Below are positions 63,104-64,000 of a DNA stretch of 64,000 nucleotides, piece after piece. The notes beneath the pieces are model-generated. The model was not told where the DNA came from. It searched no databases and saw only the letters and a list, made by a program, of their open reading frames with translations. Each line of letters begins with the position of its first letter. The first letter of the stretch is position 1. A program made the translations under genes and the position numbers. Source of the DNA: Candidatus Eiseniibacteriota bacterium (GTDB taxonomy: Bacteria; Eisenbacteria; RBG-16-71-46; CAIMUX01; VGJL01); the NCBI GenBank assembly GCA_041946735.1, contig JBHGAY010000025.1, forward strand, positions 9,249 through 73,248, given 5' to 3'.

Positions 63104-63745
63104 TCAGTCCGTCGTGTTGCGGTCGTCGACCCAGATCCGGACGCGTTCGTCCGGTCCATCGACCGTGATCAGATCCCCATGCTCGGGCTGCATCGCCTCC
63201 ACGGCGGCGGCGAGGTTCAGCTCGTCCTCCGGACCGCTGAGAAGGGCGTCGACGACCTCCATGCGCACCTGGATCCGCACGGTCTCCGGCTTCCCGTTCT
63301 CGTGGTCGACGACGTGCACCAGAAACTGATCGGACTGCTTCTCGATCCGCACGTTCTCGTCTCTCCCCTCAACTCGGACGTACTCGCCGTTCTCCGCCTC
63401 GCGCAGCGCTGCGAGGATCGCGCGAAGCTGCTTGCCGTCCATGTCCTTCCCATCGAGGCGCAGGTGCCCGCCCTGGAACTCCCCGTCCTTGACAAGCGGG
63501 AGGAGCGAGGAGACGAGCTTGACCGGCACGTTGATCCGAACGGTCTCGCTGTCCGGTCCGGAGTCGACGACGTGGACGTGCAGCCAGCGGGACGACTCGG
63601 CCGAGGCCGGGACGGGCGCGACCGGCAGCAGGAACAGGACCGGAAGCAGAAGGGCGAGGATGGGGACGAGGCACACGGCAGCCCGAGCCCCCAGGGTTTG
63701 GGCGGGGACCCGGCTGCGACGGGAAGACGGACAGTTCGTACTCAC
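63104..63745 (-). CDS. Hypothetical secreted protein with internal duplication
   Basis: GTG 63745 after GGAGG; signal-like segment; two units WLHVHVVD...ETVRINVPVKLV and FLVHVVD...ETVRIQVRMEVV. Confidence 0.75.
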   Translation of the reverse strand: MSTNCPSSRRSRVPAQTLGARAAVCLVPILALLLPVLFLLPVAPVPASAESSRWLHVHVVDSGPDSETVRINVPVKLVSSLLPLVKDGEFQGGHLRLDGKDMDGKQLRAILAALREAENGEYVRVEGRDENVRIEKQSDQFLVHVVDHENGKPETVRIQVRMEVVDALLSGPEDELNLAAAVEAMQPEHGDLITVDGPDERVRIWVDDRNTTD

Positions 63746-63790
63746 GGAACACCTCCATTCCTGGCGGACATCTCTCGCCGCCATCCCCCA

Positions 63791-63816
63791 TACGCACGAG
63801 AGGGGTCAAAGGATAC
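63791..63816 (-). promoter_or_regulatory. Candidate ECF-type promoter
   Basis: GTATCC-16 nt-CGTA upstream of 63745, resembling SigW-like -35/-10 spacing. Confidence 0.35.
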
Positions 63817-64000
63817 GCGGAAAGACAAAAAAACTTTGCGGGCAGGGGGGCGAAGCGGGCTTAGCGATTGTCTGCGTTGGAGATCGGCGAATCGTCCCGG
63901 AAGCGGGTTGCGGGTTTGTCACAAATGGGGATGTCGTAAGCCTCGGCCGAGCGCCAGGCCCACGCGACCCCCGGCCCCCACGACCCGGCGCCCCCTCCCC

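Noticed and set aside
1..64000. Apparent abundance of GATC/CGATCG (HIP1-like) words
   Set aside because: Largely explicable by ATC/GAT/GAC codon usage in high-GC genes; needs a Markov-model count that could not be run here.

Overview
High-GC (roughly 70% by eye) bacterial chromosomal segment with about 55 genes and two tRNAs (Glu-CTC, Gln-CTG). FlgD/T9SS-like C-terminal domains and a large gingipain (C25) protein suggest an FCB-related candidate lineage such as Ca. Eisenbacteria; this is inference. Most genes are housekeeping, repair or redox: glgP (partial), nfi, cca, MrfAB-like helicase/exonuclease, lhr-nei, HU, acpS, ric, tsaA, an acyl-CoA catabolic operon, and an ECF41 sigma factor with its CMD target and promoter. 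Four observations stand out. (1) A gapless 17-residue C-terminal motif PV[AS][TV]xxx[ST]WGx[VI][RK]xx[YF]R-stop ends three unrelated proteins (two with signal peptides, one gene remnant), suggesting an uncharacterised sorting signal alongside T9SS-like CTDs. (2) Two exported proteins have an in-frame UGA at a cysteine position followed by a SECIS-like hairpin: a UxxC Omp28/thioredoxin-like protein and a Cys-rich repeat protein. Both are candidate selenoproteins split by the ORF track. (3) A lower-GC block encodes a small exported peptide coupled to a TPR/sigma-54 activator, a possible peptide-signalling module. (4) Short degenerate tandem repeats have expanded inside and between many core genes. 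No CRISPR array, rRNA, integrase or transposase was seen. All family assignments come from motif recognition, not database searches.
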